Position numbers and translations under genes: made by a program
Assembly (NCBI RefSeq): GCF_001194135.2
Contig: NC_068999.1
Coordinates: 46,062,036 to 46,126,035 of the forward strand
Direction: 5' to 3'
DNA: 64,000 bases
Source: Octopus bimaculoides
Lineage: Eukaryota
Notes under the pieces: model-generated
The model's database searches: none
What the model saw: the letters and a program-made list of their open reading frames with translations, nothing else
What the model was told of the DNA's origin: nothing
Shown here: in pieces, positions 26,147 through 40,203 of the stretch
Position numbering within the stretch: the stretch's first letter is position 1
Layout: each line of letters opens with the position of its first letter

Positions 26147-29100
26147 NNNNNNNNNNTTATATATATATATATATATATATATAATCATCATCATTGTTTA
26201 ACGTCTGCTTCCTATTCTTGCATAAGTTGGACAGTTTGACATGGAGCTGGTCAGCTGGGAGCTATCCAGACTCCAATTGTCTGTTGTGGCATTGGTTTCT
26301 GCAGCTGGATGCCATTCCTGGTTTTCTTTCATCTGTGAAGTGTTTGATTCAGTTAAACATATTTTTCAACATAAACTGGATGAAGAAAATTAAGATATTG
26401 ATAATATTTTACTGACTGACTTTTTAGTTTGCATTCACAAGCAAGAAGTGTGCTTCTCAAACCTGTGGTTTTGAGTCCCAATGTATAACACCTTAGGCAA
26501 CTGTCTCTCACTGTAGCCCATGGTCCAACCAAAATCTTGTGCGTAGATTTGGTAGGTATAAATAAATGAAAGACGCCTATTGTATATGTGTGTGTCTCTT
26601 TGTTTTGGTATCACCTGATAGTTATAAACGAGTGCCACCCCTCATACAAAAGGTGTCTTATTTCCAGTGTTCTCTGAAAACATGTCTGGCCACGAACATG
26701 TATTACCTTGCTTGGAAACAGATGAGAGTTGGTGACAGGAAAGGCATCCAGTTGTAGAAAATTTCCCTTCCGTGAATTCTATGCGTTTCATACAGGCATG
26801 GAAAAGTGACCATTAAAACAATGATGACGACGACGTTGCCACTAAAGGATAGTTTTAACTGAAATGGGAGTCTAAAATGTAATTATTTCAACTAAGTAAT
26901 TAAAATTTCCTGATTACTTGGATTAGGCATTTCTGTAATCCCAGCAAAGTAAATCAAATGATAACTAATAAGTAGTTTCAAAAGATATGCCTTTCTCAAC
27001 CTTGAACTTTAGCATTTCATCTTTCTTTGCTGTCACCCAAAACTTCTTTCCCCCAAATTTATTTCACTGGTTTAGATTCCTCTTGAAGTTCTTCTTGCAA
27101 TATACAAGGAAAGAATCGTAACAGAAAAGTCTGGAGAATCTGGAACAATATGGCAATTCCATTTCAGAGGGTTGATCAGTTAATCAGCTGGCAATTCATA
27201 TGGCATCTCAAGCTCTTTACCATGTTAATACGAATACTGATGTGAAGGGGAAAGAATTAAACAATTGGCTTTTGAAAGTCAAATATTGTGATGGTTACAG
27301 AGTCTTACCTAACAGTATTGTTTGACGATAGCAAACACAATTGTGCATTTATAATCAAATATCTTTCTCGGATTACAGTCACTGTCTGTAAACATTCAAA
27401 ACCATCTTGCGTATTGGATGTCATTGTCATAAATCTGTTTTTTGAACTCCTAGCCTACTTTCGGCTCTTTCTTTATCTATATTGCAACTCTGCCTTCTTA
27501 TTTACTTCTTGCTCTGTTTTACAAATACTACATTTTTTTTTTTTTTTTTTTTTGATACAAATTCTGTTGGCTTAAAATGCTTTGATTTCAAACTCAGCTA
27601 AGAATGGCAACAAACTGTTTGGTTTTAATGTAGTGTATCAAATCAAAAAATCCAGTCCACTTGTTGGAGCCTGCCTCCCTGCACTGCTGGTGGGGTAAAA
27701 CTGAACGTGGCTTGGCAGGCTAATGAAACAGTAGTCGGTTTAACACTGGCGAGTTGTCCTACCTTGCAGTAATTATTTTACAGGAGCTGGACTGAGCTGT
27801 TGAATGTTAAGTATTTTCTTGTCATTTAATGCACTGATTGTTACTAGAAAATTCATTGATTCATTGGTTAATATCCTCATCAACATTTAACGTCCATTGT
27901 TCATGCTGGCATGGTTTGGCTGGGTTGACTAGAGCTAGTTTTGAATGGTTTCTCCAGCTGGATGCCCTTCCTAATACCAACCACTCAGAGTGTAATGGGT
28001 GCTTTTAAATGCCAGCAGCATGGGTGCCAGTTATGTAACACTAGTATCTGCCACACCTATAAATTTCACTTGGTTTGATGGGTTTTCTGCTCAAGCATGG
28101 CATGTTGTTGAAAGTCTTGGTCATTTGTCATTGACTTTGTGAGGCCCAACATTCGAAAGTACTTTTTACGTGCCACTGGCACAGGTGTTAGTTGTGCTAC
28201 ACTGGCACAAATGCTACTTTCGTGACATTGGCATCGGTCACATTACCTCTGAGAGGCCCAACGCTCAAAAGGTGCTTTTTACATACCGGTGGCTCATAAA
28301 TAAAAAGTATACATCACTGAAGTTGATTGTTCAGATGGGGCTCTGCCAGATATGAAAATGCTTGAGACAGACCCAGTCATATGTTTCAAAGGCATTGTTC
28401 TGACTATCAGGAGTTGAGGGCGCAAGTTAGGGTGTGTGAATGAATGTTAACATAATGCAGTGAGCATAATGAATAATCTAATTAGAAATACTTACGCAGT
28501 GAGGTAAATACAACATTGGTTTAATGATTACTATTACTTCAATCATTTCAGCCATATCAGAGATAACATTGCATATATTTTCATGGTATGGTATCAAACC
28601 TCCTCAACAAAAGATAGACTTCCACCATATTTGCTGAAGATGCTGATGAGGAGAATCCCAATAAAGTACATCTTTTTTGTGATTCTCTTATCATTGTTTT
28701 AACAAGTACAGTGAAGTCAAGTCTGTTTCACTGATGAGATCTAATAGGATTGAAACATGCCTACAGTTGTCTCCCATACAAACAAAGTGAGCTCATGCAT
28801 TTTTTTCTCAGGTTAGAAAGCTTAGCAGTTTATCTACTGAACCTCACATACCTAAATCAACAATCTAGCTGTGTCTTATTTACTCCTCAAGTTATAGAAT
28901 CAACAGTTTATTTTATGATGTCATATTAACAATTCTTTCATTTTGGCACAAGGTTGTTTTGTCTAAAGTCAGCTGCACTGCAACTATATTTATGGCAGTG
29001 CTTGTTTTATCAATCCCAGGGAAATAAAGAAAAGCAATGTAGACCTCAATTGGAATTTGAACTCACAATTGATAAAAAAAAACAAAGTGAATTCTATCAA

Positions 29101-30065
29101 CACCCAGCCCACAGTAGTGCTAACCGCAGCAATCGCTGCTACTGCTGTTTTGGCTATCCTTGAAATAATTTTTCACACTCTATCTGCACTAGCAACAAGA
29201 CTATTGTTGATCTGTTGCTAGTAAAAAGGGAAAAAGAAAAAAAATAATAATAATAATAAAAAGTTACATTTATGTTAATTTTTCTGACTATTATTTTCTA
29301 ATTGCTTAGGTTGGTTGTCTCTCTGGCTTTGTGTGTGTGTTAGGTTGTAAGAATACCACAAGTGACTCTTGCCTTTATTTACTTAATTTTGTTTCTCTCT
29401 CTCGGTGTTTTCTCTGCTGTCCTTGGCTACAAAGCACAAGAATGGTCATGAGTCTTTTACTGCTGCTAAAACAGTTTCAAGAACTATAAGTAGTAGTAGC
29501 AGCAGCAGTAGTAGTAGTAGCAGCAGCAGCAGTAGTAGTAGTAGCAGCAGCAGCAGTAGTAGTCCAGCTACTGACAGATAACTGTTATTGATTATTTCCC
29601 CAACTGATTTCAGTTGTCGACTTTATTTAACGTGACTGCAGTATTGTTCTGTCAGTTTTTTCCCCTGTTCACATTTATTATAGACACAAACACTTACATA
29701 TTCCAGACATATGTTGTCTTTGTGACCCTGTTTAGGAGTTTAAGGGCTCCGTTTGTTTCTGATTTTATTTAAGCAACAACCATCGGTATCTTTTAAATAA
29801 CTGTTAAAAGGCGATATTTTTTCCAGTTCCTTTTGTTTTTTGTATTTTTCTTTTTTTTTTTAACCTTTTACTTGTTTCAGTTATTGTTTCTGACCGTGGC
29901 CATGCTGGGGTACTGCATTCAAGGGTTTTAGTCAAGCAAATTGACCTCTGTAATTATTTCTTAAGTCTGTTACTTATTCTGTTGGTCTCTTTTGATGAAC
30001 TATTAAGTTATAAGGACGTAAACAAACTAACACCAGTTGTCAAGAGTAGTGATCAGCAATGACAT

Positions 30066-30228
30066 GCACACACACACACACACTCTCTCTCTTAATCTTT
30101 CTCTCACACACACACACACTCACCATCTCTATCTCTATCTCTCTCTCACACACACACACACTCACCCTCTCTATCTCTATCTCTCTCTCACACACACACA
30201 CACTCACCCTCTTTATCTCTCTCTCTCT
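30066..30228. repeat. Compound (CA)n/(CT)n minisatellite with ~42-bp units
   Basis: Repeats of cacacacacactcaccctctctatctctatctctctct. Confidence 0.85.
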
Positions 30229-30811
30229 GCCCCCACTTCTCCACACCACCAATATTATCCAAGGGAAAGGCAAAGGGGCTGATACAGCTTGGCACCAGTG
30301 ACGCCGCTACTCATTTCTACAGCTGAGTGAACTGGAGCAACGTGAAATAAAGTGTCTTGCTCAAGAACACAACACAGCCCGGTCCGGGAATCAAATTCAC
30401 AACCTCATCATTGTGATCCCCATGTTCTAACCACTGAGCCACGTGCCTTGGATATGGCCAGTTTAAACGCTAAAGGGATAAATCTTATGCTTTTGTCCTT
30501 AGCCTGTCCAAAGTATTTTAAAAAGTTTATCCTAAACATCCCTGCTTGTTTTCAAACCTTTAGCTAGCCCTTGTTTCATATGTTCTGAGCAATATAAATC
30601 CTTCTTTTCACAGGTCCTAAGTTTCTCTGATGATTAAAATAAAATTAGCAATGCATATCATATATATAATACATGGACACCTGTGAATACATCCTGTGAA
30701 TCAACATACAGGTTCACAGGACAGACAAAGGGTTAATGTCTTCAGTTTTTATCTTCCATTCCTGTTTCTGTGCTCAATTGATGTAACAAGCAATTACAGG
30801 ATTCATTGTAC

Positions 30812-30845
<34 letters not shown>

Positions 30846-31878
30846 GTTTTCACTTGTCATTGCCTCACTGTTTTCTTCCAACCTCCTTACAACTTGTTAT
30901 TGGATTGTCCTGTCTGTCAGACGTACTCTTGCTTGCAGCCACTTCCTTTTGTTATTCCTGTGCCAAGTAATCACGTAGGTCAGCTTTGATTGAATTGTCT
31001 TGTTGTGGTATGTCGGTAGTTGACTGTGAGGCGACTACATTTGATCCCATAGATCTGTTGCTTAAGATTACTATTTCTCCACTCAGACACCATGTAGTAG
31101 TGTAGGCAGTCTGTCTAGTCTTTTATTTTTTCTTCTCATTTCTCTCTCTCTCTCTCTTGTGTCTTTCTTGTGCCTGGAGGTTCTGGTGGTGGCCAAAGTA
31201 GACTCAATCCACCGCACTTGTCTTTAGATGTTCCACTGTTGTTTAGCACCAGGTTATCCCTTATCAAGTAAACCTAAAATCAAAGATTTTTCCACCTGTG
31301 ATCACTTTTTCACGATTACATTATGTAATGTCTTTTCCTTTTTTTTTTTTTATAAGATGGTATGGTGTAATTGGTGAAGGCAAAGAATCTCGTCACTAAA
31401 GAGTAAAGAACCAATGAAAAGATGTGTTGCTTAGATGCTGCATAACTAACAACATGACAGTTTTGCAATAAATTCACTTTTCTACTAGTCTTAGTAATTT
31501 AACAATTAATCTAATAAAGACAAAACATTGATGTTGTGTAAGCACTGCATGGATAGGAATTAATTACTAATATAAACTGGCTTAGACTGCTAAATGTGTG
31601 CTGGAAAATAAGAGATGAAGTGCTTTGAAATTGACTTTTTTATTCATTGTAGTTTATAAATCTAAGGTAACAAATCTTTTAACTTTTGTTTGTTTGTTAT
31701 TTGACTGTGGCCATGCTGGGGCATCGCCTTGAAGGTATTTTTTTAGTCAAACAAGTCAACCCCCAGTTCTTATTTCTTAAGTCTGGTACTTATTCTATCA
31801 GTCTCTTTTGCCAAGTCACTTAAGTTATGAGAATGTAAACAAACCAACATTGGTTGTCAGTGGCGATGGGAACAAACA

Positions 31879-31950
<72 letters not shown>

Positions 31951-34900
31951 ACAGGTTTCCTCAGCTTCTGTCTGCCAAATTCACTCACAAGGTATTTGTC
32001 AACCTGGGATTATAAGCAAGCTGTGCTATGAGACTGAACCCAAAACCACATGGTTGCAGAGCGAACATCATAACTACACAGACATGTCTGCATCATCATC
32101 ATCATCATCATCAGTAATAACAATAATGGAGAAATCTACTTTCCATTATGTGTGTCTCTTCTGTATTAACATTGTACAGCTATTCTCCCTGCATAGTTGA
32201 CATCTACTTTAATTCAGCTCAAGTGGTCTACAAACATCATTGTTTGTCTCACTAATGTTATTTCTATAATATGTATTTGCAAAAAGGTGGTCCTGTCTGA
32301 AGATAACCACTTATCTATATACTATTGTAAATTGCTAATTGAATCGCTGCATTTTAATATGTATATTATATCTATTAAATCTAGCCATTCATCTCTGTAA
32401 TTAACTCTCCTTATTTAAAAGTTTTATCTTTGGGACGTAAATTGTTTGGTTTTTTAACTCATTATTAACCCTTTTTAGCACTAATTTTGATATTTAACAA
32501 TTCTTGTTGTTGGCATGTAAGCTAAAGGATTAAAAATGTTGGGTTTCTCCTTCAGTTAAATTGGTCTTTTGTTGTTGTTTTTTAAGCAAGTTTTATTACC
32601 AAGTGAATGCCACCTGGTACTGGGAGCATGTATGTGGTTGCTTGACCTGCTAGAAATGGCATTCTAGTTTTTGGAATATAAGATAATACACCTTGTTGAA
32701 TTAATTGTTCAACTTGCAGACAATTTAGATGCTGGTCGGAGTGTGGTACCCTTTTTTGTAGAAGTTGGATGTAGGGATTTTATTGGGACCGGATTGAGAC
32801 AGTGGCTGCTATCTGTTGGTGTCTAATTAGCAAGTAAACACCATCTTGAAAGGGATCCAAGTGACCTTTGAAAGGGCCAGCCATTGGATATGGCTGAAAA
32901 GCAATGATGAAATTTGGCCAGAGAGGTGATGATCCTGAAATGGACTTGATGTTAAGTATTAGTCAGTTTATACAGTAGGTAGTGTCTTGTACCAGTGAGG
33001 TGGGGCCCAGTGTACTGTAAAGCCATCGAGAGGAAGCCCTTGAAATCAGTGTACACTCTCTTCTGATGACCCCTGAACCCAACTGGCATCTAGTATGCAG
33101 AGTTTGTGATTGACTGCACTTTCACCAGCAAGCTGTTTCCAAGTTTGTGGTTGCTTGACCTGCTAGAAATAGCAGCCGAATTTCCTCAATACTATGTGTG
33201 GCACCTTGGGCTTGTCTTGTTCAGCCCCAGGCAGAAGAAAGCCTTGTGAGTGGATCTGGTCAATGGAAACTCACACATGCACCTGGCACATGTATGCATG
33301 TAGGTCTGTGTACTCTTTTCTTGACATCACATGATGGTTGTAAACAAGCATCATGTAAAAGCACCCATGTGATGCTGCGTAAAACCGCCCCTGCAATACT
33401 GCGTAAAAGCACCCATGTGATGCTGCATAAAAGCACTTGTGCTGTGCGATGTAAAAGCACCCAGCACACTCTGTAAAGTGGTTGGCGTTAGGAAGGGCAT
33501 CCAGCCGTAGAAACCATATCAGACTGCAATCGGGTGCAGCTTGCCTGCTCTGGTTAAACTGTCCAACCCATGCCAGCATGGACAACACACATTAAATGAT
33601 GATGATATGTGAAGACTGAGAGTGGGTTGATGACCAAAGTGAAATTTCAACCCAATGAAATTCCCTGGAGATGGTTGGCATCACTGTACATGATTTGGGC
33701 TTATTATGGCTGTTGATATTGTAGTTATTTTGGTGTGTGTGAATTAGGCATTAAAAATAGCCATGTTAAAAATTATATCCTGATGTGTGTAGATGTTTTG
33801 TTAGTGGTTAGACAAGTATTTGCTGGGGCTGTGTGGGTCGGGGCAAATACTGGACATACGATGTGTTCCTTCATGCATGGTTTATACATTGCCCTTTAAT
33901 TTATTGATTTGTATTCAGTAAGTTGGTTAAATAGGTTAGGAAAACAACAAAAAAAAAGTATTATGTTTATTGATTATCATAGGAGGAAGTTAAAAAACAA
34001 TAGGAAAACAGAAGAAAAAAATAAACATTTGTTAAATGATGTATAACCGTATATTTTTACTATCATTACATATTGAGTAATTTTTATTGTATTTTAGATG
34101 TTTACTCATCTAAAATATTTCCAGGAAGATAACCTTCATTAACATGAGCCTGATATCAATAAAATTGGATAAGTTGATTTATTTTCAGCATGTTTGGTTG
34201 GGACAATTGAAATAAGGGTACTTCATATTACTTGATTTTAACTGGCTTCAGGGAGAAATTTACTACATATGAAGTTTTGGCCTTCGGAGTCTGGCATTCC
34301 AGTTTCTTTGCCACTAATATACCCCCCCCCCTTTTTTTTTTGTATCTGTTTCCTGATTTGTCATATAAGCTTATTCCTCTTCTGCTCCAATTTTGTTAAT
34401 GTTCTGATGTATCAGAACTATATAATGTTTTATAAAGTAAGCAATCATTTCCTGATACAAAAGCAGACCGCAATGTGTTGTTTGTACTCGGAATATATAA
34501 CAGGACCTATTATTGTTGTATTGTGCTTCCTGTGTGTAGGAGTTTCCTGGACTTACTATGGTATGATGTTTACATTATTTATATTTACATTGCATTGCTC
34601 GCAGGTGCTGGAGCCATGTAAAAAACAATGTGAAGTGAAGTGTTCTGTTCAAGAATACTAGGCACCATCCCAGTCTGGGAACCAAAACAACAGTCTTGCA
34701 ATTGTGAGGGCAACACCCTAACCATCATGCCAAGTGACTTCATGATGTCTTGATATTAACTTGATTGTAGTACTTTCTCTTTTTAATTTTGAAATTTGTT
34801 AATTTGTCATAAAATAATGAAATGAAAATTCTGGACTGTTTGTTATAAACGTATCTGAACATATTAAATTTGGTCCTTTCAGAATGTTCCATTGTTATTT

Positions 34901-35137
34901 TTCCAACTGTTATAGGTTTCTTTGACACTTTTACTTTTCAGTTTGGATATTTTTGTAAACTGCCCTGTTTTCTTCAAAAAAAAAAAAAAAAATTGTTTAG
35001 TAAAATAATTTAATAAGAACATTGTATTTAATTAAGCTATAAATTTATAAATACTAGACATAAGTTTCATAAACTACAAAATATAAATATCCACACTACC
35101 ACACCTGAAACGTACCTGTTATCATTCTTTATCTCAG

Positions 35138-35238
35138 TTTGAATGTATGTGAAGGTATTTAGAATGGCCAAACTTATTTCTGCAAATGTGCCAAACACTG
35201 ATGCTGATCTTTGTTTAACCAATAAGCGTAGGAGCGAG
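35138..35238 (+). CDS. Candidate upstream exon giving an in-frame N-terminal extension (MYVKVFRMAKLISANVPNTDADLCLTNKRRSE), or a 5'-UTR exon
   Basis: tcattctttatctcag acceptor and GAG|GTAAAT donor; ATG 35143 or 35164 is in frame with exon 35769-35888 with no stop. Confidence 0.5.
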
Positions 35239-35792
35239 GTAAATGCAGTAAAAATAGCGGGGTTAATGGGGTTGCATTTAAGCAGTCCTTTAGAAAAAAG
35301 GGGAAGGAAAAGTAGAAAGCCGGGGAAGTATTTGAGTGCGGGAGATAACTTTATAGCAGGTGTTGAGAGTCAGAAGTCTTATAAGGGGACATGCATAGAT
35401 GTCTTGATGTAGGGGTAGAGATACATAGTTAGGGGTGGGTGGAAGTAGCCGGGTGAACAATGAAGATGGAGATGATGGAGTGCATGAATAAGCATATAAA
35501 ATTAACATGTTTTAGAGACTAAATTACCCAGAGAACTTTAGCTTAGCAAACATCTTTATAAATTTGCATCTCCTCTTTTATGCACAAATTGAAATACATT
35601 TCAAAAGATTCTCTGATATAACATTTTGTAGGTTTTGTCTTCTTTTTGTTTTTCCATTCAAATTATCGACTATTTTGAATTAATCTGACATTTTATATTT
35701 TTATATCCTATTAACTTAGTATTAATGCTAATAACAGTTTTCCTTTTTTTCTTTTTTTTTCTTTCCAGTTACCATTCTACAAATCGTCTACC

Positions 35793-35888
35793 ATGTTGGA
35801 ATATTATATAGGTCACATCACCTTACTATATGCAGTTTTCATTGTTTGTTTCTTTCACATTACTTTAATTGCTGCTGATGTTGTTGTG
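35793..35888 (+). CDS. RNF13: RNF13/RNF167-like E3 ligase, coding exon 1 (signal peptide): MLEYYIGHITLLYAVFIVCFFHITLIAADVVV
   Basis: Polypyrimidine tract plus AG acceptor at 35767-68 (exon starts 35769), ATG at 35793, hydrophobic signal-like stretch ending A-A-D, donor GTG|GTAAGT at 35889; phase 0 joins the next exon. Confidence 0.85.
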
Positions 35889-36425
35889 GTAAGTGACTGT
35901 TTAGTTCGTTCATTCATCTTTCGAAAATATTTTAATGAGATTCTGCCTGCTTATACAATTATTAGAAAATAAACGTTTAAATGTTGGCTTAAATAAGAAT
36001 TGCTTTGAAAAAACAATGATTGTTGTGTTCAGGTGCTTTTTTTTTTTTTTTTTTTTTTTCCCTCACCTAAATTGAATCTAAGTCATGGAAAAAGTGTTTC
36101 CTGAAATGGGGGGAAACTTGGAAGGATCGAGTTAGATTAGGTTGAGTGATGGTTTTAGTATTTCAAAGATTACTGATTGGGATTAAAAGATAATTATTGG
36201 GAGGAATACTGAGTTTGAAAATTACTTTTTAAAGACTTACATTATCACATGAAGTGCCTGGTGGTTGTTTGTCGTGAAAGCATAAACGAAAGTCGAGATG
36301 ATCTTTTACTTGTTTCGGTCATTGGATCATGGCTATGCTGGAGCACTACCTTGAAAGTTGTTTTAAACAAATCAATCTAAGTATTTGTTTTTTTGTTGTT
36401 TTTTTAAGCATCATGCTTATTCTGT

Positions 36426-36582
36426 CAGTTTCAGTTTCCGTCTACCAAATCCACTCACAAGGCTTTGGTCTGCCTGAGGCTATAGTAGAAGACACTCGCC
36501 CAAGGTGCCACGCAGTGGGACTGAACCCGGAACCATGTGGTTGGTAAGCAAGCTACTTACCACACAGCCACTCCTGCGCCTA
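36426..36582 (-). mobile_element. tRNA-derived SINE, family B (GGCGCAGGAGTGGCTGTGTGGTAAG...GGTTCAGTCCC), well conserved copy
   Basis: Reverse complement of the 18587-18750 copy; A/B-box-like motifs. Other copies near 5549, 10330(-), 12363, 26430(-), 40736, 43710, 47143(-), 49945, 55340 and 60100(-). Confidence 0.85.
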
Positions 36583-38690
36583 TATGTTTTTATTTACTGA
36601 ATATCATCTTTTTGTTTGTCTCTTTCAAGAGCAACTGTTATCATTCCTGATCCCTTTAATAGACTTCCCTTCCCCTCTCCTTGTTTACTGGTGTGTGGAA
36701 GGGGCTCTTTAATTGTTCTGCCGGATGTTGTTGTTTGTGGGCAATACCAAACATAAGGACGTTGTCTACTCCAGCATGACATTGGTAATGTTTGAGATCA
36801 TCTGACAGTTGAGGGACGTTACAAGTTCAACTGCTGCTAAAAATATTATCACTACCTAATTGACAGCACTAACGAATTTATACATGCCTTATTGTTTTAC
36901 ATAACGATGTAGGGCGGCAGGGTTTGTAATGTCATTGTCTTAAATAATCCTCTGCACTATAGATGTACCAAAATCGTTTGTTTTTACTACTCTGCTTTCA
37001 TTAAATAGATTTAAATATAATAATCTGATTATCCTGCGTTTGTCTATTGTTTACAACTGTTCAGATGACTTTTTCATACTGTTGCATACATCAAAATTTT
37101 ACTAAAAGCTGTCAGTGTTTAGTTACTTAGCAACAGCAGCAGCAGTAGTAATAGTAGTAGTAGTGGTAGTATAGTACAACTGTATTTCATTATATTTTAT
37201 AACTCAACTGAACAGAGGTGTTTGTGCTTTGGTACATATTTCACACCTTCAAAGAGAATCAGAGTTGGTAAAATACTGGAATAAAGACCACAGAGAGACA
37301 TTTCTGATGACAAATAACGATGATTGCATTGGGAATGGTATTGCATACACATTAGGTGTTTGCCAACATTTGAGCAACATTGTTTTTGATGACGGATCTT
37401 TCTAAAATTTGGTTTCAGTTTTTGCCTTTTATGTACAACTGATGACACAGACTAAGTAGTTTTAATTATATGAAAATATATTAATTGGCTTTTGACTAAT
37501 CTCTTGATGGCGGATGATGAGTCTGTCCTACATGCTCACAAAACATCAAGGCATATAAAACCAAGTCAAAACTGTTATTGAAAATTGAGTTGTAATCAAG
37601 CTTTATTTATCTCATTAGTTGAGTGTTGCCAAGTTATCAATATTTTCCCTGATGTGTGTCTGTATCTGTTTTCCAAGAATGTCCCTATAGTTTTGAGCAT
37701 ATGGTATCTTCTGTTGGTAGTTATTCACTTTGTTCTTGGTGTCTCTAATGAAAGGCATTTTATAGTATTGCATCTAAAATCTTGATTAAGCTCAGAGATG
37801 AAACACCTTCCTGCCTCTGTGTGTGTGTGTGTGATGTTGAACAACATAACGTTTCATTCTGTGTGATATGAATTCTTTGATCACTCGTCTGCTTTTCGTA
37901 TTGATTTTTGTTTCTTTCACTTTTTTCTCATTCGTCCTTTTTTTTTTCTCTACAGCTACTGTTACTTCTTCATCTTCCTCTTCTACTATTGCTACTACTA
38001 CTACTACTATTTTTAATTCATCTCCTGTTCCTTCTCCTCTATCTTCTTTCTTTTGTTCTCCTCCTCCCCTTGATTCTTCTATGTCCTCCTCCTACATCCT
38101 CCTCCTCCTCCTCTTTCGTTTTGTTTATTTTAATCATGATTGAAAGAAGGAAATTAAAAACAAAAAGTTATAACCCCCCCCCCCTCACTACCAGCACTAA
38201 TTTCTAATGTTTTAGAAGAAATAGTAAATGCTGATTATTGAGGACTAAGTTGACAAAAATTCTGGCTTTCAGACGGAATTGTAGAAAAAGCAATTAAAGA
38301 AAGTGTTCCAGAACTATTGGAATGCGTCGCAGATGAATTCAGTCTTTGAGGTATTGACTTCAAATTGAATACCTTCTGTCACAAATGTAGACATTTATTG
38401 AGTCATTAGGCATCTCAAGAGTCTAAGATCTGTGAGGAAATGGGTGGATGTCAGTGAAAATGTTGGGAATCCCTGTTCTAGTCAGAATGACCCCATGTTG
38501 TTTGGTTGAATGGTTATACCCTCATGAATGAATGTCTTGTTGTAAAATACTTATTTCGGTAGGTAATGTTCAAGTTTTGCTAAAACATAGAAGTGACAGG
38601 TGGGTAATAATTACAGTCAGTATTGGGAATGTGTGAAAAATTGTTTAAAAATGAAACTTTGGAGAGTTAAATAGCCAAAATAGGATTACA

Positions 38691-38847
38691 GCACTACTCA
38701 CCTCACCTGTGCTTGTGCCATGTAAAAAGCACTACTCACCTCACCTGTGCTTGTGTCACATAAAAAGCACTACTCACCTCACCTGTGATTGTACCACATA
38801 AAAAGCACTACTCACCTCACCTGTGCTTGTGCCACGTAAAAAGCACT
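38691..38847 (+). repeat. 38-bp tandem repeat, 4 copies, at the head of a family C element
   Basis: Unit aaaaagcactactcacctcacctgtgcttgtgccatgt with period 38 (e.g. tactca at 38695 and 38733). Confidence 0.92.
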
Positions 38848-39890
38848 CAGTCCACTCTGCTGAGTGGTTGGTGTTAGGAAGGGCATCCAGCTGTAAAAAT
38901 CCTGCCTAAACAGTCACAGAAGTCTGGTGCAGGCTTCAGCCTGGCCGGCTCGTGTGGTACCGTCCCACCCATGCTAGCATGGAATGCAGACATTAAATGA
39001 TGATGATGATGAGACAGTTTCCTGCTAATATTATGGGCAGGAAGCTGGCAGAATGTTTAGTGGCATTTCATCCATCTTTATGCTCCAAGTTCAAATTCCG
39101 CCGAGGTTGACTTTGCCTTTTATCCTTTCAGAGTCAAAGAAATAAGTATCAGTTAAGTTTGGGGTTGATGAAATTGGTTAGTCTGCTGCCCCCAAAATTG
39201 CTGACATTGTGCCATAATTTGAAAACAGTAGTCTATGTAATTTTGATAAACTTATAATAATGTAAAAAATTCTATTTAGCATTGGTAAATTGCCTCATTT
39301 ACGAAAAAAAAAAAACTAAAAAACAAAGGACAAACATTTATTGTATAATCTTGTCGGTGTGTATTTCCTCTAATCATGTTGAATTCGGCATTCTAATTAA
39401 GAAGGCACTTAGAATGAATCATCCGATAATTCATTTAAAAAAAAAAAATCATTTTGCATCTTCAAAGAGATGGCACTTGATTTTTGTAATATTGAGACTG
39501 ACATGTTAATTACCAAAAATTAGATACCAGTTTTGATATTTAAAAAATAGGTTTTTGATGTCTTAGCTTCTTGCAGACAAGAGTTCTCTGTAATAGGCCA
39601 AGAGAGTCTGGCAGTGTGAAGAACTTTGAACAGTTCCAACAATTCACATATTTTTAAATTTGTAAAACCTTTAAATGGTACCAATGTGGAAATTTTACCG
39701 CCATTATATTTCTGTTGATATTTAAGAGAAACCTAGTCTTTGCTGAGGTCATTTGTATAATTACGTGACCTAAGAATCAAAAAGCAGCACTTTAGGATTG
39801 TTAAGTAGGGCACAAAAATAACATCCAGTGATAAATGAAATAGATTTGTTCTGTCAAGTGATCATGATGGCAAAATTTTCTGAGCTTATT

Positions 39891-40203
39891 TTAACCATTT
39901 TTAAAACCATTTTGTTACCATATTTCTGTTGAAATATAGCTGCTTTTGTTTCAATTAATTTTGAGGAAAGAAAAGAAATAAAGAAGAGACTGTATAACGG
40001 TAACTTGGTAATTATTTAGCTGGTGCATGGAATATGAATTAACCCTTTAGCATTTAGATTACTCAGACAAATGTAATGCTAATTTAGTCATATTGTTTTG
40101 AATTAATTATGTATCATCTTATCTGGATCTGGCTTATTAAAGGATAAACATTTGTACTCAGAGCCAGAGCTGGTTTCAGTCGGGTTGGTAACAAAAGGGT
40201 TAA
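39891..40203. mobile_element. piggyBac-type MITE (TTAA...GGTAACAAAAGGG-TTAA) with a CCCTTTAGCA fragment nested at ~40040
   Basis: TTAA at both ends; degenerate left TIR (ccattttgttacc) versus right ggtaacaaaaggg. Confidence 0.55.

Noticed and set aside
28731-28770. Second hammerhead-like core CTGATGAG-ATC-taatag-GAT-TGAAAC
   Set aside because: Stem II is plausible, but there is no U16.1-H17 triplet after stem III and no convincing stem I; at most a dead relic. A similar partial match at ~23041 also fails.
37197-37448. 83-aa minus-strand ORF with an overlapping open + frame in unique sequence
   Set aside because: No recognisable domain and no phase-compatible splice sites into the ligase gene. 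A BLASTX search would be needed to revive it.
38691-38847. CRISPR-like appearance of the 38-bp repeats
   Set aside because: Units are contiguous with no unique spacers, there are no cas genes, and the context is eukaryotic; it is a tandem repeat.
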